Of a DNA stretch of 64,000 nt, positions 47,252 through 57,318 are shown in pieces. The notes beneath the pieces are model-generated. The model did not search any database. It saw nothing but the letters and a program-made list of their open reading frames with translations, and was not told the DNA's origin. Both the position numbers and the translations under genes were made by a program. Source of the stretch: an uncultured virus (IMG/VR IMGVR_UViG_3300021431_000011) (lineage: Duplodnaviria; Heunggongvirae; Uroviricota; Caudoviricetes); IMG/VR virus record IMGVR_UViG_3300021431_000011. One strand, given 5' to 3'. The number at the start of each line of letters is the position of its first letter. The stretch's first letter is position 1.

Positions 47252-47481
47252 CTCTAAAAATTCCCCGGGGGTACTATTTAAGGACTTCTTTCCATACTTT
47301 TTCGCGGAGCTCTCTTTGTTTTATCCTCTCCGACTTATGTGCCTATTGCATTTTCTCGATATTCCGCTCATCGAGATCTCCTTTCAAGAGTCTTAGCTGA
47401 TAAAAGTCTCTTAAAACTTAGAGAGTTCCACGAAGAAGTATGGGAAAACTTACCAAAAAGTATATTTAAATTGGAGAAAAC

Positions 47482-47811
47482 ATGGCAACAAAACGAGAAA
47501 AGCCAATTGGAACTTCTAAAAGAACTTCTCCACCAGCTCGATCACTTGAAAATCGAGAGAATCAGCTTATAGAAAAAGCTTATGCGCTTGTCGAAGAGCG
47601 TATAGACAATGGTACAGCCTCTGCTCAAGAGATTGTACATTTTTTAAAGATGGGTGCTGCCAAATCTCAGCTTGAAAAAGAGAAGCTTGAAGCAGAAGTG
47701 CAGCTTCTTGCTTCTAAGAAAGAGATTATCGACGCCAATAAGCAAAGTAGCGAAGCATATGCTGAAGCACTTGCGGCATTTAGATCATATAACGGAAGTT
47801 CTGATGAATAA
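47482..47811 (+). CDS. Probable terminase small subunit
   Basis: First gene after cos; RENQLI..A..L.E.RI..GTASAQ...HFLK. Confidence 0.6.
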   Translation: MATKREKPIGTSKRTSPPARSLENRENQLIEKAYALVEERIDNGTASAQEIVHFLKMGAAKSQLEKEKLEAEVQLLASKKEIIDANKQSSEAYAEALAAFRSYNGSSDE

Positions 47812-48217
47812 AATTAAATCGTATCATGAGATGCTACAATTTCCAACATTAGAAGAACGATTTCATTATCTTAGACTATTCGGGCATGTTGGCGAAGATA
47901 CGTTTGGTTTTAACAGATACGTTAATCAAGCTTTTTACACAAGTAGACGTTGGCGATCTATACGTTCGGAAGTCATAATCCGAGATGGTGCATGTAATCT
48001 TGCACATTCAGATTATCCGCTGTTCGGACGAGTTCACATTCATCACATCAACCCGGTTTCATTAGAAATGTTTGAGAATGAGGACCCATTATTGTTCGAT
48101 TTGGATAACCTTGTATGTACAGATGAGCAAACCCATAGAGCTATTCATTATGGCGATGAATCTTTACTTCCACAAGATTACAAACCAAGAACACCGGGTG
48201 ATACAAAATTGTGGTAA
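47804..48217 (+). CDS. HNH endonuclease (terminase-associated)
   Basis: W..IR..VI.RD, HHINP, NL, H.AIH. Confidence 0.85.
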   Translation: MNKIKSYHEMLQFPTLEERFHYLRLFGHVGEDTFGFNRYVNQAFYTSRRWRSIRSEVIIRDGACNLAHSDYPLFGRVHIHHINPVSLEMFENEDPLLFDLDNLVCTDEQTHRAIHYGDESLLPQDYKPRTPGDTKLW

Positions 48218-48283
48218 GGCAAAAAAAATAATAGATAGTAAATACAGAAAAAGAACGTAGACGAATTTTTTAGATTCCGATTC

Positions 48284-48400
48284 TTACAAGAACAAAACGC
48301 CTAATCTATACATTTTGTATACTACTCCACCGCATAATCCTACAGATAGAACTACTCCAGTAGCCAATACTGAGTATAGTATTACGTCGTTTTTATCCAT
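48284..48400 (-). CDS. 38-aa hydrophobic peptide
   Basis: MDKNDVILYSVLATGVVLSVGLCGGVVYKMYRLGVLFL; GAAAGGA RBS; minus-strand promoter motif at 48457. Confidence 0.7.
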   Translation of the reverse strand: MDKNDVILYSVLATGVVLSVGLCGGVVYKMYRLGVLFL

Positions 48401-48475
48401 TATAATTTCCTTTCCCAAATCGTCTACGTTCTCATATAATTAATAGTATTTTTAACGAAGTAAGAAAGGATAACC

Positions 48476-48742
48476 GTGTCTTGGGTTCGAGTTCGAATCG
48501 CGAATTGTAAAAAAGCATCTATTAGACGAACCCCATGGATTCCTTTGCATGACGAAGAAATTGTTGGAATTCGTGACGGTCCCGACCAAAAGTTAGATGC
48601 TGTCAAAACAGGCGATTTTATTGAGATTGATGTTGATCATTTTTGTTATGACTGGACAGATCGTAAATTTTATAAAGTTCGAAATCCGGAAGGATGGATT
48701 TATGAAGGATGTGTCGACTTAGGAGGTAATAACGATGGTTGA
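48476..48742 (+). CDS. SH3-like hypothetical protein
   Basis: C....IR..P...FYKV...EGWI. Confidence 0.55.
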   Translation: MSWVRVRIANCKKASIRRTPWIPLHDEEIVGIRDGPDQKLDAVKTGDFIEIDVDHFCYDWTDRKFYKVRNPEGWIYEGCVDLGGNNDG

Positions 48743-49094
48743 AGATACTGATGTAATTCTTGAAGAAGTAAAACGAATGCTCAGTATAGAGCCATCAGTT
48801 ACCGAGTACGACATAGATATTGCAACCCATATCAATTCTGCATTTTTTACATTATTTGAGCTTGGGGTAGGTCCATCGACTCCTTTTTACATTACTACTG
48901 ACACAACATGGGAATCGTTTGAAACGGCTGTTCCGAAACAAATTATTCTGGATTATTTATTTCTAAAAACTAAACTTATTTTTGATCCTCCAGCATCGTC
49001 ACCATTAATTGAGGCCATAAAAGATCGTATTTCTGAACTAGAGTTTCGAATGAACATTTACACCGATAACGGTGGAGGCGTTGTAAATGGGTAG
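48735..49094 (+). CDS. Head-tail connector/adaptor
   Basis: IL..VK.ML, HINSAF..L..LGVGP, FDPP, ELE.R. Confidence 0.7.
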   Translation: MVEDTDVILEEVKRMLSIEPSVTEYDIDIATHINSAFFTLFELGVGPSTPFYITTDTTWESFETAVPKQIILDYLFLKTKLIFDPPASSPLIEAIKDRISELEFRMNIYTDNGGGVVNG

Positions 49095-49116
49095 CAATTA
49101 AGATTGGAGTAATGAA

Positions 49117-50082
49117 ATGGGCTATGAAGATAATTATCTCATGCACCACGGAATTAAAGGTATGAAGTGGGGTGTTCGTCGTTTTCGCAATTACGACGGT
49201 ACTTTAACTAGTGCAGGTAAAGCTCAGCGTAGAGCACAGAGTTCTGGTGGCGGGTCCTCTCGCGGTGGTATGTCTTCTACGACCAAGAAGCGTCTTGCAA
49301 CCGCTGCAAAAGTTGCTGGAGCAGCAGCTGCCGTTGGCGGTGCGGCATATCTTGCTAATCGAGCCAGTGGTGGACAGCTTGCAAGTACTGCTCGTCGAGT
49401 TGCTGGTGACGCGAATGCTGCTCGACAGCTTGCCGGCGAAGCCGTGGCAAATTCTCGAGCTGGTCGCGCGGTAAAGCGTGCTGCTTCTAGCGCTCGTGGT
49501 ATTGCTAATACTGCTAGAGATAATGCTTCTCGTGTTGGTAGTAGAGCTGCTTCTAAGGGTCGTAGCTTGGCTATTGGAGCTGGTGCTACTGCTAGATCAG
49601 CCGCTAGTAGCGCTCGTGGTATTGCTAATACTACTAGAGATAATGCTTCTCGTGCTGGACAGCGGATAGCTTCTAAGAGTCGTAGCGCGGCTATTGGAGC
49701 AGGAGCAACTGCTCGTTCTGCTGCGGCTAGTGCTCGCGGTGCTGCTAATACTGCTAGAGAGAATCTTCGTCTTGCTGGTAGTAGAGCTGCTTCTAAGAGT
49801 CGTAGCACGGCTATCGGAGCAGGAGCAGGAGCTCGAGCTGCTGTTTCTAGGGCTCGAAGCTCTGCTGAGTACCTTCGTAGTCGGGCTAATGGCGGTGTTT
49901 ACAATACGTCTAGAGCAAAAGGCTCTGGGTCTAGACTCGTTGATGCAGCATATAATGCTGCTCGTAAGAAGACTGGGCGAAAGACGTCGTCTGGTAAGAG
50001 AGATTACGTTAGCGAGTTAGTTCGGGCTAGCATGGAAGATGGCGCACGTGCAACGCGTAGAGCACGTAAACGTTATTCGTAA
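49117..50082 (+). CDS. HHGIKG-tag protein, Ala/Arg/Ser-rich with 40-aa repeats
   Basis: LMHHGIKGMKWGVRR; ~3 x 120-bp repeats starting at 49492. Confidence 0.8.
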   Translation: MGYEDNYLMHHGIKGMKWGVRRFRNYDGTLTSAGKAQRRAQSSGGGSSRGGMSSTTKKRLATAAKVAGAAAAVGGAAYLANRASGGQLASTARRVAGDANAARQLAGEAVANSRAGRAVKRAASSARGIANTARDNASRVGSRAASKGRSLAIGAGATARSAASSARGIANTTRDNASRAGQRIASKSRSAAIGAGATARSAAASARGAANTARENLRLAGSRAASKSRSTAIGAGAGARAAVSRARSSAEYLRSRANGGVYNTSRAKGSGSRLVDAAYNAARKKTGRKTSSGKRDYVSELVRASMEDGARATRRARKRYS

Positions 50083-50103
50083 TTCAAAATGGAAGTGATG
50101 CCG

Positions 50104-50571
50104 ATGAATGAACTTTACCATCACGGTATTAAAGGCATGCATTGGGGAGTTCGTCGGTTTCAAAATCCTGATGGAACTCTAACTGATGCCGGTAAGCGCC
50201 GAGAACGTGCTATCGATGATCGACGTGCTAGACAAGAAGCTAAACAGCAACGCGAATGGAACGCTAAGAATGCTTCACAACTTAGCGATAAAGAATTAAC
50301 AGATCAAATCCTTCGCCTTCAACGAGAGAAGCAACTTAAAGATCTTACTGCACAGACTGTTAGACCAGGTAAGAAAAAAGTTCTTGATTATATGGATCGA
50401 TATGGTAGTCAAGCTCTAAGTGCTATAGTTACTGCTGGTACGGCTGCGTATGTCACCAATGCTATGACTGCTAGGTCGAATAAACGTCTTGCTGAAAAAG
50501 GATATCCCGTTAACATTAAGGGTTGGCATGTTGAAGATGGAACGCTTATCCCGAATGCAAATAATAACTAA
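50104..50571 (+). CDS. HHGIKG-tag protein
   Basis: ELYHHGIKGMHWGVRR; LSDKEL...I.RL..EKQ. Confidence 0.8.
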   Translation: MNELYHHGIKGMHWGVRRFQNPDGTLTDAGKRRERAIDDRRARQEAKQQREWNAKNASQLSDKELTDQILRLQREKQLKDLTAQTVRPGKKKVLDYMDRYGSQALSAIVTAGTAAYVTNAMTARSNKRLAEKGYPVNIKGWHVEDGTLIPNANNN

Positions 50572-50597
50572 AGTTTGAGAAAGAGGTGCGGCTGTAT

Positions 50598-52343
50598 ATG
50601 AGCCTATCTAATACGGCCGTGCCGAAGTATTACGGCCTATTTCGAGATGCTGTTATTCGAGGAGAGATTCCTGTAAACGAAGAGATTTCTATGGAGATGA
50701 ATCGTATAGATGATCTCATAGCAAATCCAGGAGTTTTTTATGATGATCAAGCCGTTGAAGGTTGGGTTCGTTTTTGTAATAATGAATTAACTTTAACAGA
50801 CGGTGCTGATTTAAATCTTCTCGATACTTTTAAGCTATGGGGCGAACAGGTATTCGGATGGTATTATTTTGTCGAAGGATCTGTTTGGGAGCCGTATGCT
50901 GATGGACATGGCGGTCATTATGTGCGTAAATCTATTAAGAAACGGCTTACCAATAAGCAATTTTTAATAGTAGCTAGAGGTGCTGCTAAGTCGATGTATG
51001 CGGCATCTATTCAAGCATATTTTGCGGCAGTTGATTCAACTACTACGGATCAAATAGTTACAGCTCCTACTATTCGACAAGCAGAAGAAACGCTGTCGCC
51101 CATTAGAACTGCATTGGCCAGAGCTAGAGGTCCACTTTTTAAATTTCTTACAGAAGGATCCATTAACAATACAACCGGATCTCGAATCAATAGACCAAAA
51201 CTTGCTTCTACAAAAAAGGGTATAGAAAATTTCTTAACAAATTCTATTATAGAATCACGACCTATGTCTATTGATAAACTTCAGGGTTCTCGTTGTCGAG
51301 TTGCAACGATTGACGAGTGGCTTTCTGGGGACATCCGAGAAGATGTTATTGGTGCAATCGAACAGGGCGCATCGAAGAATGACGACTATCTTATAATCGC
51401 AACTTCTTCAGAAGGTACTGTTCGAAATAGCGCCGGCGATACAATCAAAATGGAATTAATGTCCATTCTTAAGGGCGAGTACATTAATCCACATGTATCA
51501 ATCTGGTATTACAAATTAGATGATGTTAAAGAAGTTGCTGATCCGGCAATGTGGATGAAAGCTCAGCCCAATATTGGAAAGACTGTAAGCTATGAAGTTT
51601 ATCAGCTGGATGTAGAACGTGCGGAAAAGAATCCGTCGACGCGTAATGATATTCTTGCTAAGCGTTTTGGTATTCCAATGGAAGGCTATACGTATTTCTT
51701 TACGTATGAAGAAACGCTTCCCCATAGACAACACGACTTCTGGTCCATGCCATGTGCGCTTGGTGCAGACCTATCGCAGGGCGACGATTTTTGTGCTTTT
51801 ACATTCTTGTTTCCTTTGCGAGATGGCGCATTCGGTGTAAAAACCAGATGCTATGTTACCGAAGTTGCTGTTAAGAAATTACCTTTGGCAATGCGGCAAA
51901 AGTATGAAGAATTTATAAAAGAATGCAGCTTAGTAGTGTTGGGCGGAGCAGTTCTTGATATGATGGAAGTGTATCAAGATCTTGATGAATACATAGTAAA
52001 CTCCGATTATGATGTCGTGTGTTTTGGGTTTGATCCGTATAACGCTAAAGATTTTGTTGCTCGATGGGAAACTGAAAACGGTCCTTATGGAATCGAAAAA
52101 GTAATTCAAGGAGCTAGAACCGAATCGGTTCCTCTTGGTGATCTAAAACATTTGGCTGAAGAGCGATTGCTATTATTCGATCAAGAATTGATGTCATTCT
52201 GCATGGGAAACTGTATTACATTAGAAGATACTAATGGTAATAGAAAACTTCTTAAAAAGCGTAATGACAAAAAGATCGATAGCGTTGCAGCTATGATGGA
52301 TGCTTATGTGGCTTATAAGATACATCGTGACATGTTCGAATAG
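50598..52343 (+). CDS. Terminase large subunit
   Basis: ARGAAKS Walker A, DEW Walker B, GADLS nuclease motif, KIDSVAA. Confidence 0.95.
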   Translation: MSLSNTAVPKYYGLFRDAVIRGEIPVNEEISMEMNRIDDLIANPGVFYDDQAVEGWVRFCNNELTLTDGADLNLLDTFKLWGEQVFGWYYFVEGSVWEPYADGHGGHYVRKSIKKRLTNKQFLIVARGAAKSMYAASIQAYFAAVDSTTTDQIVTAPTIRQAEETLSPIRTALARARGPLFKFLTEGSINNTTGSRINRPKLASTKKGIENFLTNSIIESRPMSIDKLQGSRCRVATIDEWLSGDIREDVIGAIEQGASKNDDYLIIATSSEGTVRNSAGDTIKMELMSILKGEYINPHVSIWYYKLDDVKEVADPAMWMKAQPNIGKTVSYEVYQLDVERAEKNPSTRNDILAKRFGIPMEGYTYFFTYEETLPHRQHDFWSMPCALGADLSQGDDFCAFTFLFPLRDGAFGVKTRCYVTEVAVKKLPLAMRQKYEEFIKECSLVVLGGAVLDMMEVYQDLDEYIVNSDYDVVCFGFDPYNAKDFVARWETENGPYGIEKVIQGARTESVPLGDLKHLAEERLLLFDQELMSFCMGNCITLEDTNGNRKLLKKRNDKKIDSVAAMMDAYVAYKIHRDMFE

Positions 52344-52377
52344 ATTTAGATCCGAGTAAATAGTTGGGAGGTGACTA

Positions 52378-53799
52378 ATGTCATTAAAAGATCGTTTTGC
52401 TAGTGCTTGGAATGCATTTCAATCTGAGCCAAAAAGACAAGAAGAGACTACTGAGCAACATACTAATATTAGTTATGGGAATTTTGGCTCATCTAGTTTC
52501 TATAGAAATGATCGTCATAGACTTCGGTTCAATAACGATCGGTCTATTCTTAATACTATTTTTAATAGAATCGCTAATGACGTTGCGTCTGTTCAGATCC
52601 AACATATTAGAACGGATAGTAATGGACATTACCTCGAAACTATTAAATCCGGACTAAATGAATGCTTAACATTATCAGCTAATCTCGATCAGACATCTAG
52701 AGATTTCTGGTTAGATTTAGTTTTATCGATGCTTGATGAAGGTGCTGTTGCGGCAGTGCCAGTCGACACCGATAGAAATTTAGATCGAAATAATTCATTC
52801 GACATACTTTCCATTAGAACGGGTCGCATTATTAATTGGGAGCCAAGTTTCGTCAAAATGGAAGTATACAATGAACGTACCGGATCTCAGGAGCAGATAA
52901 CTCTACCAAAAGAAAAAGTTGCTATTCTTGAGAACCCGTTCTATTCAATAATGAACGAGCCGAATTCTACGCTAAAAAGGCTTGTTTATAAGATGAATTT
53001 GCTCGATCAGATTGACGGTCAAAAAGCTTCTACAAAACTTAACATGTTTATTAAATTGCCATATTCTTTAAAGTCTCCAACTCGTGTAGCACAAGCTGAA
53101 GAACGTAGAAAAACTATTGAAGATCAATTAGTTAATTCTAAATACGGTATCGCATATATTGATCAAGCTGAGCAAATTACACCATTGGGTCGATCTCTCG
53201 AGAATGATTTGCCAGCACAGATTCAAACACTAACTGATCAATTATATAATCAGATAGGTATTAGCGCAGATGTTTTTAAAGGTACTGCTAGTCAAGAGCA
53301 GCAGTTAATTTATAATAAAAAAGTTTTAAAGCCAATATTAGATTTGATAGAGTTGGAGTTTACAAGAAAATTTCTTACTCCAACCGCTAGGACTCAAGGT
53401 CAAAAAATAGGCTATTTCATTGACGCTTTCGATATGGTTACCCCGACGGAAGTTGGCGAAATGGCTAATGCTTTGAGTCGTAACGAAATTCTATCAGCTA
53501 ATGAGTTTAGATCTATTCTTGGTTATAGGCCTAACGATTCTGAAAGATCGAACCAGCTTATTAATAAGAACCTGCCGATTAATCAAGTTGATCCGAATGC
53601 TAATGCTGAAACTACTCAGCCGAAGTTAGATACTGAATCAATGGCATTACCCGAAGAAGTTGAGGAATATTTATCTCAATCCGACAAAATGGGAAAAGAA
53701 TCGCTAGAGCATGCTGAGTATGATCCGATAGTTAGGCGCGAACGTTATTTAAAGGACCGTGCAAAACTTGGAATAGGTAAAAGTAGCAAAAGAAGATAA
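52378..53799 (+). CDS. Portal protein
   Basis: Follows the terminase; NRIA.DVA, NE.R..LG..P. Confidence 0.9.
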   Translation: MSLKDRFASAWNAFQSEPKRQEETTEQHTNISYGNFGSSSFYRNDRHRLRFNNDRSILNTIFNRIANDVASVQIQHIRTDSNGHYLETIKSGLNECLTLSANLDQTSRDFWLDLVLSMLDEGAVAAVPVDTDRNLDRNNSFDILSIRTGRIINWEPSFVKMEVYNERTGSQEQITLPKEKVAILENPFYSIMNEPNSTLKRLVYKMNLLDQIDGQKASTKLNMFIKLPYSLKSPTRVAQAEERRKTIEDQLVNSKYGIAYIDQAEQITPLGRSLENDLPAQIQTLTDQLYNQIGISADVFKGTASQEQQLIYNKKVLKPILDLIELEFTRKFLTPTARTQGQKIGYFIDAFDMVTPTEVGEMANALSRNEILSANEFRSILGYRPNDSERSNQLINKNLPINQVDPNANAETTQPKLDTESMALPEEVEEYLSQSDKMGKESLEHAEYDPIVRRERYLKDRAKLGIGKSSKRR

Positions 53800-53839
53800 G
53801 GAAACTTTATAAAAAGTAAATATTTTTGGAGGATCTTAT

Positions 53840-55921
53840 ATGGATTACGATTTTTGTGGCTATGCCACTAAGAACGATCTGCTTTGTGCAGACGGTCGCG
53901 TAATCCGTCACGATGCCTTCAAGGAGAGTGATGGACAAATTGTGCCTCTTGTTTGGCAACATGTTCATTCTGATCCTAAAAATGTTTTGGGTCATGCGCT
54001 TCTTGAGAATCGTGATGATGGCGTGTATGCTTATGCGACGTTTAATAATACGCCGTCTGGTCAGCATGCAAAAGAGATGGTTAAACATGGTGATATTTCT
54101 GCCATGTCCATCTACGCGAATCGTCTTAAGCAATACGGTACGGATGTCGTTCACGGAATCATTCGTGAGGTAAGCCTCGTTCTTGCTGGCGCAAACCCTG
54201 GCGCATATATTGAAAACATTAGTTTTGCGCATGCTGATGGTACATACACAGATGTTGACGACGAAGCAGTCATTTATTCTGGACCAGATACTATCGACTA
54301 TATTAGCCATGCAGATGAGGAGGATGAAGTGGGAGACGATATTCTGGATCAGCTTTCTGATGAGCAGATCGATGCGATCAATCGAATCATTGATGCAGCC
54401 ATTAATGGCGCAATAGATGATCTTGACGATGAAGATGTTTTGGACGATCTTACGCCAGATCAGCTTGAGGCAATCGGCGATCTTATTGAGGATGCAGTAA
54501 GCGATGCTCTTGAGCATGCCGATGACGACGATGATGAGTATTACGACGATGACGACCTTGACGAAGACGACTATGATGAAGACGACTTCGACGAGGATGA
54601 AGACGAGGGCGATGACGTCCAGCATTCGTATTATGATGATGACGAGTATTATGATTACGATTATGATTATGATATTCGACATGCTGACGACGATCCTACT
54701 GTCGAGGATGTCTGGAATACTCTCAACGAAGAGCAAAAGAATTTAGTATATTTTCTGATTGGCCAGGCTAACGAGGATGATGCGGCCGAGCATAGCGCAA
54801 TCTATGATGGAGGTTTTGACATGAAGCACAACGTTTTCGACGACGCGTACTATGACGACGAGGATGTTCTTACTCACGATGAGTTCGACGCTATTATGGC
54901 GGATGCCTATAATGCGAACTCTCTTCGCGATGTCTTCCTCGCGCATGGTATTACCAATCTTGATGTTCTGTTCCCGGAGGCCAAGCTTGTTACCCCGACT
55001 CCTGAGATGATTTCTCGTGATATGGGCTGGGTTGATCAGCTTTGGAACGCTATTAAACGCACTCCTTTCGCGCGTATTAAGTCTACTGCTGCTAACATTA
55101 CCGCTCCTGAGGCTCGTGCAAGGGGTTATGTTAAGGGTAATCTGAAGGCTGAGGAGGTTATTGTTCTTCTTTCCCGTGAGACCTCCCCGCAGACGGTGTA
55201 TAAGAAGCAGAAGCTTGATCGCGATGACGTTATCGATATTACTGATATTGATGTCATTGCGTGGATGAAGCAGGAAATGCGCGTCATGCTTAATGAGGAG
55301 ATTTGCCGCGCTATTCTTGTCAGCGATGGTCGTGGTAGCACGCATGCTGATAAGATTAAGGAAGATAAGATTCGTCCTATTTATCAGGATACTGATGTCT
55401 ACACTATCCATTATGAGATCACGTATGGCGCCAATGATACCGAGGATCAGAAGGCTAGTAAGATTGCTGATGCTGCAGTCCGCGCTCGTAAAGATTACAA
55501 GGGTTCCGGTACTCCGTGGCTCTTTGCTTCTAACGAGGTTATCTCTGATATGATGCTTGCGAAGGACACCATTGGTCGTCGTCTCTATAAGGATGAGGAC
55601 GAGCTTAAGGCTGCTCTTCGCGTTTCCAAGATTGTCGAGTGCCCGATTCTCGAGAATGTTACTCGTAATCGTGCCGCTGATGCTACTGCTGGTATTACTG
55701 CTGCTACGATGGATCTTAAGGCTCTTATCTTCAACCCGATTGATTACACGGTTGGTGCCGATAAGGGTGGCGCGGTTTCGCTCTTTGATGACTTCGATAT
55801 CGACTACAACCAGATGAAGTATCTGATTGAGACTCGTATCTCGGGCGCGCTCACTAAGCCGTATAGTGCTATTGCTCTCGAGGTTGAGCATCCTGCTACG
55901 ACTGGTGGTAATGAGGGTTAA
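53840..55921 (+). CDS. Prohead protease-acidic linker-major capsid protein fusion
   Basis: HK97-type protease (WQH, MSI, EVSLV..GANP) then D/E-rich linker, then capsid domain (EEI.RAIL..DGR, ETR.SGAL). Confidence 0.9.
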   Translation: MDYDFCGYATKNDLLCADGRVIRHDAFKESDGQIVPLVWQHVHSDPKNVLGHALLENRDDGVYAYATFNNTPSGQHAKEMVKHGDISAMSIYANRLKQYGTDVVHGIIREVSLVLAGANPGAYIENISFAHADGTYTDVDDEAVIYSGPDTIDYISHADEEDEVGDDILDQLSDEQIDAINRIIDAAINGAIDDLDDEDVLDDLTPDQLEAIGDLIEDAVSDALEHADDDDDEYYDDDDLDEDDYDEDDFDEDEDEGDDVQHSYYDDDEYYDYDYDYDIRHADDDPTVEDVWNTLNEEQKNLVYFLIGQANEDDAAEHSAIYDGGFDMKHNVFDDAYYDDEDVLTHDEFDAIMADAYNANSLRDVFLAHGITNLDVLFPEAKLVTPTPEMISRDMGWVDQLWNAIKRTPFARIKSTAANITAPEARARGYVKGNLKAEEVIVLLSRETSPQTVYKKQKLDRDDVIDITDIDVIAWMKQEMRVMLNEEICRAILVSDGRGSTHADKIKEDKIRPIYQDTDVYTIHYEITYGANDTEDQKASKIADAAVRARKDYKGSGTPWLFASNEVISDMMLAKDTIGRRLYKDEDELKAALRVSKIVECPILENVTRNRAADATAGITAATMDLKALIFNPIDYTVGADKGGAVSLFDDFDIDYNQMKYLIETRISGALTKPYSAIALEVEHPATTGGNEG

Positions 55922-55959
55922 GTCTTAGATAAATCAAAATGGAAGGAGGGGTCGGCTAC

Positions 55960-56328
55960 ATGGGAGTATTTTATGGTCCGATAGGATTCGTTGAAACTGT
56001 CGAGGATCCGGAAGGATCTGGTATTTGGGTTGAAGTTCCAATCGAACGTAATTATCGAGGAGAGATCCAACGCAATACTAAGCGTTGGGATAGTGGGAAT
56101 AATGTAAATCCCAATCTCAATATTTCAAATACTATTTCTATAGTAGCCGATCCCTACTTTAACGATCATTTGAACAGTATTCGATATTTAAAGTGGCTTG
56201 GTGGATACTGGGAGATAACAAATGTTGATGTCGAATTACCTCGATTAATATTGAGTATTGGAGGTGTGTATAATGGACCGACGGTTGGAACTTCAGACAA
56301 TACTGGAGAACATCCTAGGATCCCGTAA
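55960..56328 (+). CDS. Head closure/stopper protein
   Basis: Position; G.W.E...ER.Y.G, ISIVADP. Confidence 0.7.
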   Translation: MGVFYGPIGFVETVEDPEGSGIWVEVPIERNYRGEIQRNTKRWDSGNNVNPNLNISNTISIVADPYFNDHLNSIRYLKWLGGYWEITNVDVELPRLILSIGGVYNGPTVGTSDNTGEHPRIP

Positions 56329-56578
56329 TGTATATTTTCAACCACCTTCTAATACTAAACTGTCCTATCCTTGTATCATATATAACCGAAGTAATATAGA
56401 GTCTAGGTATGCGAATAATGCTAAGTACAATACCAGAGTACGATATTCGCTTATGCTCATAGGAAGATCGCCAGAAAGTGAGCTTGTTGAAGAAATATTA
56501 AAGCTTCCTTACTGTTCCTATGATAGATTTTATACAGCTGATACTTTAAATCACGATACGTTTACTTTATATTATTAA
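56273..56578 (+). CDS. Tail terminator
   Basis: VYFQPP...YPCIIY, D.LNH..F. Confidence 0.75.
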   Translation: MDRRLELQTILENILGSRNVYFQPPSNTKLSYPCIIYNRSNIESRYANNAKYNTRVRYSLMLIGRSPESELVEEILKLPYCSYDRFYTADTLNHDTFTLYY

Positions 56579-56587
56579 GGAGTTAAC

Positions 56588-57274
56588 ATGCCCAATCCTA
56601 CCTTTGCGATTGAGTGGGACAAAGCCGGTGAGCGTCTTTATGAGACTGGTGTAGACCGCGTTGTCCTGTATCCCATTCGCGATACGATTACTGATCCCAC
56701 TGATCCTTATTCTGCTGGTGTTGCATGGAATGGCGTTACTTCTATTAGCCAGTCTGCATCCGGTGGCGAGCCTACTCCATTATGGGCTGACAACCTTAAG
56801 TATCTCAACCTGATGAGTGCCGAGGAGGCATCTTTATCTATTGAGTGCTACACTTATCCTGATGAGTTTGAGGAGTGCGATGGCTCTCGCGAGATTGTCA
56901 CTGGCGCTCGCATTGGCCAGCAGGCTCGTAAGATGTTCGGTCTTTCTTATCGCACGCTTGTTGGTAATGATCAGAAGCAGCAGGAGTTTGGCTATAAGCT
57001 GCATATTGTGTATGGCTGTCTTGCTTCGCCTTCTGAGCGTAGTTATTCTACTGTTAACGATTCGCCTGAGGCGATTAGCTTTAGTTATAGTATTACGACT
57101 ACGCCGGTCGATGTAACCGGGTTTAAGCCTACGTCTATTATTACTGTTGACAGTACTAAGACTGATACTTCTAAGCTGGCTGCTCTTGAGACCATTCTGT
57201 ATGGAACTGCTGGGCAGACCCCGGTCGACGCTAAGCTTCCTCTGCCTGCGGCAATTATTACGGCGCTTACGTAA
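56588..57274 (+). CDS. Major tail protein
   Basis: ERLYETGVD, AWNG, ADN.KY, TYPDEF, GYKLHIVY. Confidence 0.9.
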   Translation: MPNPTFAIEWDKAGERLYETGVDRVVLYPIRDTITDPTDPYSAGVAWNGVTSISQSASGGEPTPLWADNLKYLNLMSAEEASLSIECYTYPDEFEECDGSREIVTGARIGQQARKMFGLSYRTLVGNDQKQQEFGYKLHIVYGCLASPSERSYSTVNDSPEAISFSYSITTTPVDVTGFKPTSIITVDSTKTDTSKLAALETILYGTAGQTPVDAKLPLPAAIITALT

Positions 57275-57318
57275 TAATATTTATAGATATGTTGGACTCT
57301 TGAAAGGAACAATAGAGA

